A stretch of 64,000 nucleotides of DNA from contig CAKTYT010000001.1 of assembly GCA_934633695.1 (NCBI GenBank), forward strand, positions 138,643-202,642, written 5' to 3'. The stretch's first letter is position 1. Each line of letters starts with the position of its first letter. The DNA comes from an uncultured Clostridia bacterium. GTDB lineage: Bacteria; Bacillota; Clostridia; Christensenellales; CAG-138. Below are positions 47,383 to 56,221 of the stretch, one piece after another. The position numbers were made by a program, and so were the translations under genes. Under the pieces are notes generated by a model. The model was not told the origin of the DNA. It was given only the letters and a program-made list of their open reading frames with translations, and ran no database searches.

Positions 47383-47695
47383 ATCATAACAAACAATCTG
47401 AAATGGATAGATTGTGCGTTATGCGCGGGTTTAAAGTTTGATACATATTTCTCCATAATGTATTAGCAATTATTGTTTAAACCAGGCAGAACATCGACGG
47501 CTCTCGTTACATTGCCATAATGCCCACTTTCTTGAGAACAACTGAATTTCACAGAAAGCATCGGATGAATAGCAGTTCAGTGAACAATGCAGCTGATTCT
47601 CCGCAATATGCAGTCATATCATCAACGGTCAAAAAATTGCTTTTATTTAGCATTCTTTCGTGCATAACTTTGCTCTCGAATACTGGGAAATTATT

Positions 47696-48922
47696 TTAAA
47701 CCACCTGGAAGATGTAAAACTTCAAATAGTCTGTTTCGGGCACGTTCCAAAGGATGGGGTGATCAGGAGATTGTTGACGTGCTTCGATTTGCCTGAGTTG
47801 AACGGCTGCATCCTCTGCGGCTTCACGGAGCATTTTGCGGAACAGTTCGTCCGTCATAAAGTGCGAGCAGGAGCATGTCGCAAGGTATCCGCCTCGCGGC
47901 AGCAGTTTCATTGCCTTTGCGTTAATTGCCTTGTAGCCGTTAAATGCACTGTGGACAGTGTCACGACTTTTAGTAAAGGCAGGGGGGTCGAGGATAATCA
48001 AGTCAAATTCACATTTTTTCTTCTGTTCCATTTCGGTGAGCAAATCAAAGACATCCGCACAGACAAAATCCATAACGCCGTCAAGCTGGTTCATAACAGC
48101 ATTTGCCTTTGTAAGTGCAACTGCGTCCTGTGAAATATCGACAGCGGTAACGTGCTTTGCTCCGGCTTTTGCTGCATTGAGTGCAAAAGCACCTGTATGA
48201 GTAAAGCAGTCGAGTACATTTTTTCCTTTTGCAACCCTGGCAACGGCGAGACGGTTGTATTTTTGATCGAGAAAGAAACCGGTTTTTTGTCCATCAACTA
48301 TGTCAACATTATAGATAATATCATTCTCTTTAATAATCAGCTTACCATTTTCGATTACTGTCAGGTCATTAATAAGAAAAAAGCCTTTATGCGGTGTCAA
48401 GCCCTCCTTTAGGCGTATTTGTGCATCGCTGCGTTCCATTATTGCACGGATTTGAATCCCGTATTCTTTAAATACTTCAACGAAGAGCGGCAGCAGACGA
48501 TTTTTCATCCGTTCAATGCCGAGTGAAAGAATTTGAACGACAAGAACATCACCAAATTTATCGACAGTGAGGCCGGGAAAGCTGTCAGCTTCGCCAAAAA
48601 TGATTCGGCAGCATTCAAAGTCGTCTCCCATAACAGTCAAACGATAATCGATTGCATAGCGAATGCGTCTGCGATAGAAGTCATCATCAAATTTGTCATT
48701 TGCGTTCCGCGAAATAAGTCGGATGCGTATTTTGGAATTATCGTTTATAAAGCCTGTACCGATAAATTTTCTTTTTTTGTTATAAACACTGATAAGATCG
48801 CCGTTTTCGTAATCACCTTCACAGCTGATGACTTGTTCGCTGTACACCCAAGGGTGACCGCTACGGCAGGCACGCTCTGCTTTTTCACTGATGAATGCTT
48901 TACTTGTGTTTGATTGAAGCAT
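47696..48922 (-). CDS. rlmI: class I SAM-dependent rRNA m5C methyltransferase (RlmI/YwbD-like, PUA domain)
   Basis: 'GHPWVYSEQV' (PUA N-terminus) and the SAM motif 'VLDCFTHTGAFAL...ILDPPAF'. Confidence 0.85.
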   Translation of the reverse strand: MLQSNTSKAFISEKAERACRSGHPWVYSEQVISCEGDYENGDLISVYNKKRKFIGTGFINDNSKIRIRLISRNANDKFDDDFYRRRIRYAIDYRLTVMGDDFECCRIIFGEADSFPGLTVDKFGDVLVVQILSLGIERMKNRLLPLFVEVFKEYGIQIRAIMERSDAQIRLKEGLTPHKGFFLINDLTVIENGKLIIKENDIIYNVDIVDGQKTGFFLDQKYNRLAVARVAKGKNVLDCFTHTGAFALNAAKAGAKHVTAVDISQDAVALTKANAVMNQLDGVMDFVCADVFDLLTEMEQKKKCEFDLIILDPPAFTKSRDTVHSAFNGYKAINAKAMKLLPRGGYLATCSCSHFMTDELFRKMLREAAEDAAVQLRQIEARQQSPDHPILWNVPETDYLKFYIFQVV

Positions 48923-48951
48923 GTTTTTCCTCCGTTATTTGTTCGGTGAAG

Positions 48952-48980
48952 ACTATAACACAAAACCCCGCTCATTTCAA
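48952..48980 (-). promoter_or_regulatory. candidate sigmaA promoter of rlmI
   Basis: On the minus strand: TTGAAA (48980-48975), a 17-nt spacer, then TATAGT (48957-48952). It overlaps the upstream terminator. Confidence 0.4.
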
Positions 48981-48986
48981 GCAGGG
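48957..48986 (-). terminator. intrinsic terminator after tandem-OB gene
   Basis: Minus-strand RNA CCCUGCU...AGCGGGG (48986-48980 pairing with 48972-48966), followed by UUUUGUGUU. Confidence 0.55.
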
Positions 48987-49003
48987 AATGGAAGAAAAAG
49001 AGA

Positions 49004-49627
49004 TTAATCGACTTGTTCCGGTGTTTCGATAGTTGAGCAGCTGACTTCGTATGCTGTTCGTATTTCAGTAGACCCATCTTCAAGCAGTTTTTTGTATTCC
49101 CTGCTTTGAAGTCTTCCTGTCAGATTAAGCTTTTCACCGACATTAAGGCAGCTGAGGAAACGTGCGTTCCGTCCCCATGCAATGCAAGGGAGATAATCGG
49201 ACTTTCCATAACGTCGGTTGACTGCAAGCAAAACATCGGCAATTTCACGAGAGAAAGGAGTTGTTCTGTAAACTACCGGTTTACAGATAAAACCCGAAAG
49301 CTCGCATTCATTGCAGTCTCCACCGTACTGCTCATCGGAAACCGGTAAAAACTCACGGGCGAAAACAGTTATAATCAGCTTGCTTCCCGCTTCAGTAGTC
49401 TTGTTGTATGAGCGAATTTGTCCAGCAATGCTGAAAATTGAATCTTCCGAAATTGTTATTCCGTTGAGAAGCCTTTCACCGACGGTCACGGGAACGATAT
49501 CCATTGTACCGCTGAGGCGTTCGACAGCGATTTTCAATTTATAAAAGGCTTCGCCGTAGAGAGTATGACTGTATTCAGCATCGGACACGGCACGACCGCA
49601 TATGTAAATAGCGTTGTTTGAATCCAT
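49004..49627 (-). CDS. tandem OB-fold single-stranded-DNA-binding-like protein
   Basis: Two SSB-like halves. The first is 'NAIYICGRAV...DIVPVTV...IAGQIRSY'. The second is 'CELSGFICKPV...SDYLPCIAWGRNARF...LTGRLQSREY'. There is no acidic C-terminal tip. Confidence 0.5.
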   Translation of the reverse strand: MDSNNAIYICGRAVSDAEYSHTLYGEAFYKLKIAVERLSGTMDIVPVTVGERLLNGITISEDSIFSIAGQIRSYNKTTEAGSKLIITVFAREFLPVSDEQYGGDCNECELSGFICKPVVYRTTPFSREIADVLLAVNRRYGKSDYLPCIAWGRNARFLSCLNVGEKLNLTGRLQSREYKKLLEDGSTEIRTAYEVSCSTIETPEQVD

Positions 49628-49710
49628 GGTAGTCCTCCGGTTAGCAATATAAGCCTGTCAAGGCTGCAATAAATACTATTCCCGAAATCAAAGAATAGAA
49701 TCTACGGCAA

Positions 49711-49737
49711 CAAAAAAAGCCGGGAAAGCCACCCGGC
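49711..49737 (-). terminator. intrinsic terminator after DUF4956 gene
   Basis: Minus-strand GCCGGG (49737-49732) pairs with CCCGGC (49724-49719), followed by U7 (49718-49712). Confidence 0.8.
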
Positions 49738-49749
49738 AGGATAATCGAC

Positions 49750-50433
49750 TCAGATATCGGATTTCAGTGTCTCAGGTTTCGCACAGGAAACCTCGAGATT
49801 TCCGTTGTAAATGCGGAGCTCATCAATGAATTCCTTTTCCTTAATACCTCTCTTGAGAGTGATGGAATAGTGAAGATTGAAAAGACTGCCCATATTCGTA
49901 GTCTTGATTTTGAGAAGCTCAACCCTTGAGGTGTATTTTTTAAACACTGCTTCAAAGACATCCTCATAGTTTAGACCTTCAGGAATAACTATCTTGAGAT
50001 CGCGAACGAGCGGACCTGCGGAGCCGAAGTTCATACTGGTGAGCAGGAACATGACAAGACAAATTATAATGGTAAGTATAACAGAAATGCCAATGAACCC
50101 TACGCCGTTAGCGAGGCCGATCGTCATAGCCAGGAAAACAAATGTAATGTCTCTTCCCGATGCGGGAACGGAACGGAAACGAACAAGACTAAAGGCACCT
50201 GCTATTGCGATTGCAGTACCAAGTTCCCCATTGACAAGAACGATGACGGTCTGGACAATCACAGGGAGTATTGCAAGAGTAAATGTAAAGCTCTTCGTGT
50301 AATTATTCTTGTATGTATTGCACAGTGCAATGATCACGCCTAGAACGAGCGAAACGGCGATGCAAATAAGATACCCTGAAAGGGTCATTGTATCGGTCGC
50401 ATTAAAAATGCTTGAAAAAACATCAAACTGCAT
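49750..50433 (-). CDS. DUF4956 domain membrane protein
   Basis: 227 aa. N-terminal TM helices, the motif 'FSLVRFRSVPASGRDITFVFLAMTIGLANG', and a soluble C-terminal domain. It starts 14 nt after the VTC gene stop. Confidence 0.7.
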   Translation of the reverse strand: MQFDVFSSIFNATDTMTLSGYLICIAVSLVLGVIIALCNTYKNNYTKSFTFTLAILPVIVQTVIVLVNGELGTAIAIAGAFSLVRFRSVPASGRDITFVFLAMTIGLANGVGFIGISVILTIIICLVMFLLTSMNFGSAGPLVRDLKIVIPEGLNYEDVFEAVFKKYTSRVELLKIKTTNMGSLFNLHYSITLKRGIKEKEFIDELRIYNGNLEVSCAKPETLKSDI

Positions 50434-50447
50434 AATTCCTCCAAAAA

Positions 50448-51200
50448 TTAAAAATCAATATTTTTCACTGCATCTGGAACGGCAACAAAGCTGTTCCCTT
50501 CATTAAGATGCTTTCTGAGTTCAATGCCATAGGCAGTGCCGTACTTTGAGAACGAAGAGGGATAAATTTTATTCTCGTCGAGCAGCCTTGAAAGCCATAG
50601 CGGCATGGCAAATGCTGTTTTAACTTCAAGGACATACTTGTCCCTGTCAAGGAGCGGCAAGCCGTAACTGCCATTGCGCAAGTCAAAATCGCAAGTTCTG
50701 TACCTTAAATTTCTGTCGATCGTCAATCTGAGGTTGTCATCTTCACGGTCAAACAGGGCAATTCGTTCGCAAAACATGCAAAAAGACGGAGCCAGACCTT
50801 TGTAAAACTTAAAGGCGTATTTTACTTCCTTGCCGATTTGGTTATCAGGGAGAGACTTGTCCCCATTCATGATATCGAATGCCTCTTTATACGTCATATC
50901 GATTCGGCGTTTATAAACAATGCCCTTATATTTCTTCTTCAGTTCGTAAAAAGCTTCACTATCGTCTCCAGGAGTGTTATAACATCGCAAACGAAGCTTT
51001 TCCTTGTACACGGGTTTGGAAACCGAGTGTCTCACAAGACGGCTGTCGGGAGTATCGAAGTAGACACTGCAAATTGTGCTCTCTCCGAACTCATCGTTAC
51101 GCATATGCTTCATCAGTATGTCGATAATATTGACATACTGCTCGTGAGTTATAACGTATTTTTTTTCGACGCGAGTGAAGATGTTCTTGCTGCGAGCCAT
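50448..51200 (-). CDS. VTC-domain (polyphosphate polymerase-like, triphosphate-tunnel) protein
   Basis: 'RVEKKYVITHEQY...SVYFDTPDSRL...KEKLRLRCY...ELKKKYKGIVYKRR' matches the VTC/CYTH-like tunnel pattern. Confidence 0.75.
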   Translation of the reverse strand: MARSKNIFTRVEKKYVITHEQYVNIIDILMKHMRNDEFGESTICSVYFDTPDSRLVRHSVSKPVYKEKLRLRCYNTPGDDSEAFYELKKKYKGIVYKRRIDMTYKEAFDIMNGDKSLPDNQIGKEVKYAFKFYKGLAPSFCMFCERIALFDREDDNLRLTIDRNLRYRTCDFDLRNGSYGLPLLDRDKYVLEVKTAFAMPLWLSRLLDENKIYPSSFSKYGTAYGIELRKHLNEGNSFVAVPDAVKNIDF

Positions 51201-51229
51201 AGAACCTCCTCCTGCAATAAACCGAGGGT

Positions 51230-51238
51230 ATTATACCA
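51230..51238 (-). promoter_or_regulatory. extended -10 element upstream of VTC-DUF4956 operon
   Basis: Minus-strand TGgTATAAT (51238-51230). The -35 is weak. RBS GGAGGAGG lies before ATG 51200. Confidence 0.35.
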
Positions 51239-51319
51239 CAAACTCTTCGCATTAAAAAGCCTAAATCGGGGAAAATGAGGCAAAAAAATCTTATACTTTC
51301 GTGAAACAAAAGGCAAACA

Positions 51320-52261
51320 TCAAATAAATTGTTTGATGTAGTCAGCAAGATTTTGATACATTATTTTCCGAATATCCGTTTCAGAAAGCCCCATGCATGT
51401 AAGCCCTTCTGCAATACGCAGGAATCCGCAGCTGTCCTCAAGACCATCAATGTATCGGTTCATTCCGTCAAAGTCGGAACCGAGAGCACAGCATTGAACT
51501 CCACCGATATTAATAACGTGCTCAATATGTTTAAGAACATCGGTCAGCTCGGCGGTGCGTTTGTCTGTCAGCTGCTTATAATAGAAGTTGACCCCGATAA
51601 CGCCGCCCTGCTTTGAAATTTCACGAATGTGTTCGTCCTGCATACATCGTGGATGCCGGCATATGCTGCGTGCATTTGTGTGTGAAGAGAAAACAGGTCT
51701 GGTTGCGATTTCGAGCACATCATCAATCCCGGCATCGTTGAGATGGGCAAGGTCAACAGCCATGCCAATGCTGCACATTTCACGAACGATGGATTTACCT
51801 TTGTCGGAAAGTCCGCGTTTGGATTTTTTTGTTGAAGGATAGGCGAGAGAATTAACATCATTCCATGTCAATGTCATTGCACGAACTCCGAGTTTATACA
51901 GCATACGGAGGTTCGCAAGCGAACCTTCGATTGCTTCACCTCCTTCAACAGTCAGAATGGTACCAATTTTATCCTCAGCGGGGTCAAAATCCGCCGTAAA
52001 CGGAACGAGTTCCGGATTGCGTTCGAGCATACGATAATACGAGTCGATCATATTGAGACACTGACTGAGTGGATTCTGGCTCAACAGCATATCAATCCAT
52101 GCTGCGAAAAACTGCAATTTAACACCGCCTTTACGCATTGCAGGGAGACTTATCGCCTGACGTGAGTCGGGAGCCGCAATATCAAAATTGTCATAAGTCA
52201 TGCGATAAAGAAAGTCGCAGTGTGCATCAGCAACGGGAATCGTTTTTTTTGTTGTTTCCAT
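51320..52261 (-). CDS. membrane dipeptidase (peptidase family M19)
   Basis: 'VADAHCDFLYRM', 'VDLAHLN', and a C-terminal 'GSDFDG'. Start chosen at ATG 52261. Confidence 0.85.
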   Translation of the reverse strand: METTKKTIPVADAHCDFLYRMTYDNFDIAAPDSRQAISLPAMRKGGVKLQFFAAWIDMLLSQNPLSQCLNMIDSYYRMLERNPELVPFTADFDPAEDKIGTILTVEGGEAIEGSLANLRMLYKLGVRAMTLTWNDVNSLAYPSTKKSKRGLSDKGKSIVREMCSIGMAVDLAHLNDAGIDDVLEIATRPVFSSHTNARSICRHPRCMQDEHIREISKQGGVIGVNFYYKQLTDKRTAELTDVLKHIEHVINIGGVQCCALGSDFDGMNRYIDGLEDSCGFLRIAEGLTCMGLSETDIRKIMYQNLADYIKQFI

Positions 52262-52348
52262 GTCGATAGTCCTTTCAAAAGTCACAAATTCATGCCATAC
52301 TGACGTAATATGCAGCCATGGCAAAATATGTGACGACAGGATAGCAGG

Positions 52349-54565
52349 TCATTTGAGCTTAACTTTTTTCAGCCGCAAAGCGTTTGTAAGTACAGTTACA
52401 GAACTCAAGCTCATTGCAAGTGCCGCAAGCATGGGGTTCATCAGCGGTCCTCCGAATGCATGCAGGACGCCTGCTGCAACTGGGATGCCGAGGCAGTTGT
52501 ATGCAAACGCCCAGAAGAGGTTTTCCTTAATTATTTTGAGTGTTGTTCTCGATAAGGCAATAGCGTCATCAAGAGACGAAAGCTCTCCTTTCTTTAAGAC
52601 AATGTCAGCACTTGCAATTGCGACATCTGTTCCAGTTCCGATTGCAATGCCTATATCTGCAGCGGCAAGGGCGGCAGCATCATTTATTCCATCTCCGACC
52701 ATTGCGACGATCCCCTTTTCACGAAGTTTGTTGGTAAAGGAGTTTTTGTCTTCGGGGAGGCAGGAGCTTTTAACGTTTTCAATACCTACGGCGTCTGCAA
52801 CACTGCGTGCGGTTTTTTCGTTGTCTCCCGTGACAAGCCAGACATCGATACCCATTGCTTTGAGCCTTGAAATTGCTTCGGGAGAATCCGATTTTACTTC
52901 ATCAGCAACTCCGATGACACCGAGATATTTTCCGTCTCTCGCAAGGAGCAGTGGCGTTGAACCAACTTTTGTTACGGAATCAACATCTGATTCATTGATT
53001 GCAATGCCATTTTCAACAAACAAACGTTCATTGCCGACGAGCAGCGTGCTCTCACCGATTTTTGCCTCACCGCCTTTTCCTACGAGTGCAGTAAATGTGT
53101 CCGGAGCAGCAAATGAAATGTTGTTTGCCATTGCATAATCGATAACAGCATGTGCAAGGGGATGTTCCGATGAAGCTTCTGCACAAGCAAACAAGCTGAT
53201 AAACTCATCCTTCGTTATGCCTGAGGGGCGAACGTTGACAACAGCAGGTTTTCCGCTCGTGATGGTGCCTGTTTTATCAAGAATAATTGAGCGAATTTTG
53301 CAGGTCTGCTCAAGTGCTTCTCCATTTTTTATGAATATGCCCATGGAAGCACCGCGACCCATGCCGACCATGATCGCTGTAGGCGTGGCAAGCCCCAACG
53401 CACAGGGGCAGGCAATTACAAGAACGGAGACGAGAATCTTGACTGCTACACCGAAGGATTCACCTGCAATGAGCCATATAATTGCACTGAGGATGGCAAT
53501 CGCCGTGACAGTCGGCACGAATATGCCGCTTATTTTGTCAGCAAGCCTTGCAATGGGAGCTTTACTGCCCTGAGCCTGCTCGACCATGCGAATCATTCCG
53601 GCAAGAACAGTATCATCGCCGACTCGTTCGGATTTATAGACAAAACTTCCGCTCAGGTTAACACTGCCGCCTACAACTTTGTCTCCGATGGATTTATCAA
53701 CGGGAATGCTTTCACCGCTGAGCATGGATTCATCAATGCTGGTGGCACCTTCCGAAATTGTTCCGTCAACGGGAATACATTCCCCTGGAAGAACGCGGAT
53801 AAGCTCGCCGACTACCAATTCGTCAACGTTTACGGATGATTCCGTTCCGTCCTTTGCAATGACTCTTGCAGTGTCAGGTGTAAGCCCGATAAGTGCAGCA
53901 ACAGCATCGCCTGTTTTTGCTTTTGCACGCTGTTCGAGATATTTGCCGAGCATGACGAGCGTTACAATGACACCGGCCGATTCAAAATACAAGCCATCAT
54001 GAATCATTTCGTGATGACCTTTGAATATCAGGACTGTTGAATAAAGAGAGTAGGCAAGGGATGCAATGGTACCTAGTGCAATTAAAGAATCCATATTGGG
54101 ATGAAATCCGATAATTGCTTTTACTCCGCGGTAATAAAACGCTCTTCCCGCAAAAAGAACAGGCACGAGGAGAACGATTTGGGCGAGTGTAAAGGCCTTT
54201 GCCGGCATCAAAAACTTCGGTATCGGAAGACCAACCATATGCCCCATGGACAAGTAGAAGAGAGGAATTGCAAATATGAGTGCGAGAATAAGATCATTTT
54301 TACGTCTCCTCATATCCTTCTTGCGGCGTTCAGCTTCGATTGCAGATTGTTTTTTTATGCTCTGAACGTCAGCAATCGTGAAGCCTACTTTTTGAACCGC
54401 AGCGTAAATAGCTTCAGACAGATCATCCTTACTGCGGACAGTCAGTCTTTCAGTTGACAGGTTGACACTTGCCGCTTCAACGCCCGAAATACGTTTGACA
54501 GCTCTTTCAACAGAGGCGGAGCATGCTGCACAGCTCATTCCGCCGATAGAAAACTCCTTTATCAT
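52349..54565 (-). CDS. copA: copper-translocating P1B-type ATPase
   Basis: HMA domain '[12 protein letters not shown]', TM '[10 protein letters not shown]', phosphorylation site 'DKTGTIT', and '[12 protein letters not shown]'. Confidence 0.93.
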   Translation of the reverse strand: MIKEFSIGGMSCAACSASVERAVKRISGVEAASVNLSTERLTVRSKDDLSEAIYAAVQKVGFTIADVQSIKKQSAIEAERRKKDMRRRKNDLILALIFAIPLFYLSMGHMVGLPIPKFLMPAKAFTLAQIVLLVPVLFAGRAFYYRGVKAIIGFHPNMDSLIALGTIASLAYSLYSTVLIFKGHHEMIHDGLYFESAGVIVTLVMLGKYLEQRAKAKTGDAVAALIGLTPDTARVIAKDGTESSVNVDELVVGELIRVLPGECIPVDGTISEGATSIDESMLSGESIPVDKSIGDKVVGGSVNLSGSFVYKSERVGDDTVLAGMIRMVEQAQGSKAPIARLADKISGIFVPTVTAIAILSAIIWLIAGESFGVAVKILVSVLVIACPCALGLATPTAIMVGMGRGASMGIFIKNGEALEQTCKIRSIILDKTGTITSGKPAVVNVRPSGITKDEFISLFACAEASSEHPLAHAVIDYAMANNISFAAPDTFTALVGKGGEAKIGESTLLVGNERLFVENGIAINESDVDSVTKVGSTPLLLARDGKYLGVIGVADEVKSDSPEAISRLKAMGIDVWLVTGDNEKTARSVADAVGIENVKSSCLPEDKNSFTNKLREKGIVAMVGDGINDAAALAAADIGIAIGTGTDVAIASADIVLKKGELSSLDDAIALSRTTLKIIKENLFWAFAYNCLGIPVAAGVLHAFGGPLMNPMLAALAMSLSSVTVLTNALRLKKVKLK

Positions 54566-54602
54566 TTAACGTAATCCTTTCTGGTGAAATTATCATACTC
54601 GC

Positions 54603-54631
54603 ATTCTACAATAAAATCCATCGTTTGGCAA
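54603..54631 (-). promoter_or_regulatory. candidate sigmaA promoter of copA
   Basis: On the minus strand: TTGCCA (54631-54626), a 17-nt spacer, then TAGAAT (54608-54603). Confidence 0.45.
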
Positions 54632-54738
54632 TGATCGATTTGATAATACGGGTATGCATTTGTATGTTTGTACAACGTATAGTATCGGCTTACTGTGAAC
54701 AGTGCATACAGGGAACGACCTTGGCATATTATTCGAAC

Positions 54739-55041
54739 ATGAAGAGAGTGTTATCGGAAAGAAAATTAAATGAAACCCGCGAAAACGAAAAAACAAGCGG
54801 AATAAAGGCGACTGTGCTTGCCTCATCTCAACCGATCATCAGGATTTGGGGGAATAACGCAGCTGAGGTTGAAAATTATACCGGAGTGCTTGAAATTGCA
54901 CCGTGTAAGGTCAGACTTTACACCAGAATCGGTATTTTGTGCATTTACGGAGAAAACCTCATTGTCGAACTTGCCGATTCAGAAACTTTTGTCTGCCGTG
55001 GCAAAATCTTTTCTGCGGGATATGAAGAAAGAAAACAGTAA
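54739..55041 (+). CDS. yqfC: sporulation protein YqfC (YabP/YqfC family)
   Basis: 'PIIRIWGNNAAEVENYTGVLEIAPCKVRL...IYGENLIVELAD...GKI' fits the family. The start is uncertain because the RBS is weak. Confidence 0.7.
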   Translation: MKRVLSERKLNETRENEKTSGIKATVLASSQPIIRIWGNNAAEVENYTGVLEIAPCKVRLYTRIGILCIYGENLIVELADSETFVCRGKIFSAGYEERKQ

Positions 55042-55060
55042 TTAAGGCGGGAAAAAGTAT

Positions 55061-56221
55061 ATGCGTCTATGGAAATTTTTTAAAGGCTATGTTAAAATAA
55101 GGGTGAAATGTCCTCGCCCTGAAAAAACTGTCAACGTCTTTGTTGAAAACGGGGTGTCACTCCACGATGTCAGACATGTCTCAAAAAATGAAATGACAGC
55201 GGTTGTCAGCCATGGAGGATTGCATTCGGCGGTGAATACTGCAGATGAGAACGGGTGGCACGTGGATGTTGTGGACGAGCAGGGTCTGCCTGTGATAATG
55301 AAAGTCCTTTTGCATAGACCTATGCTGGTCGTGACGATCTTGGTCGGCTTTGCAGCAATACTTTTCCTTTCGGGACGAATACTCAGGTACGATATCGAGG
55401 GGATTGACTGCGTGTACGAAGAAGAGATAATCGGAATTCTTAATTCATCCGGCGGACAGCTTTACGGAAAAGCATCGAATATCGATTTACATGGGATTAG
55501 TAAACGATTGGTTGATGAAATTGATGAAGTCAGCTTTGCCGACGTAAGACGCGATGGGGTAGTGCTTAAGGTTATCGTTCACGAGAACGGACGGAAAATG
55601 AATGCCAACGAAGAGGACGGACCTGCTGACATCTTTGCTGAAAAGGAATGCATAATTGAAAAAATCGTTGCAACAAGGGGAAAGGCCATCGCAAAACCGG
55701 GGCAGGCGGTCAAAGCAGGTGCTTTGCTGATAACAGGGGACATAACCCCCGAAAATTTTCCCGAGAAAATTCTTGTCAGAGCAAGCGGGGAAGTAACGGC
55801 GAGGGTCATATATCGATTAGTCGTAAGGGTCGATTCGCTCGGAGAGAAGCTCATCAGGAGCGGAAGGGAATGCAAGTACGCAGCAATCGATTTGTTCGGA
55901 AAAGAAATAGGCTCCGCTGTGGAATTTCAGAACTATGAATTCGAATTGTCAGAAAAACACATACTTTTGATGGCAGGTGTTCCCATACGGGTAAGTGGAG
56001 GAACGGCGTATGAGCTGGTGACCGCGGAAGCTGAGCTGACAGAAAATGAACAAAAGGAAAGGTCAATGGAGGCTCTTGAAAGCAGACTGCTGTCTTCAGT
56101 TCCGGATGATGCGAGAATAATCAGCAAGGCTGTAAACTTTGTTAGGGAGCAGGATGGGTCGCTTACGGCAGCAATGATAATTGAAACAATAGAAAAGATT
56201 GGAGTTACGAAACCAAGATGA
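55061..56221 (+). CDS. yqfD: sporulation protein YqfD
   Basis: 386 aa. 'FKGYVKIRVKCPRPEKTVNVFVENGVSLHDV' and a central TM helix. It follows yqfC as in Bacillus. Confidence 0.8.
   Translation: MRLWKFFKGYVKIRVKCPRPEKTVNVFVENGVSLHDVRHVSKNEMTAVVSHGGLHSAVNTADENGWHVDVVDEQGLPVIMKVLLHRPMLVVTILVGFAAILFLSGRILRYDIEGIDCVYEEEIIGILNSSGGQLYGKASNIDLHGISKRLVDEIDEVSFADVRRDGVVLKVIVHENGRKMNANEEDGPADIFAEKECIIEKIVATRGKAIAKPGQAVKAGALLITGDITPENFPEKILVRASGEVTARVIYRLVVRVDSLGEKLIRSGRECKYAAIDLFGKEIGSAVEFQNYEFELSEKHILLMAGVPIRVSGGTAYELVTAEAELTENEQKERSMEALESRLLSSVPDDARIISKAVNFVREQDGSLTAAMIIETIEKIGVTKPR

Noticed and set aside
47520-47699. A 59-codon plus-strand ORF in the long convergent spacer.
   Set aside because: It has no Shine-Dalgarno sequence, runs into the rlmI stop, and has a low-complexity sequence with no recognisable domain.
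41194-47700. The PHP-helicase-topoisomerase B region considered as a bounded mobile element or defence island.
   Set aside because: I found no integrase, transposase, flanking direct repeats or tRNA-adjacent att site, and I could not compute composition reliably by eye. It is reported as an open question, not as a mobile element.
52260-53138. A 292-aa plus-strand ORF (with further ORFs at 53217-54457) antisense to copA.
   Set aside because: These are shadow ORFs of a strongly supported P-type ATPase gene. Their composition is Ser/Ala/Pro-rich, and they have no RBS and no motifs.
54640-54700. Near-palindromes upstream of copA (ATACGGGTAT; TGTACAAACATACA) considered as CsoR or CopY operators.
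   Set aside because: Neither matches the cop box TACAnnTGTA or a GC-rich CsoR operator convincingly. No csoR, copY or copZ gene is adjacent.
54705-54710. CATACA upstream of yqfC, considered as a sigmaE-type -10 element.
   Set aside because: I could find no acceptable -35 (ATATT-like) at the proper spacing. A hexamer match alone is not evidence.
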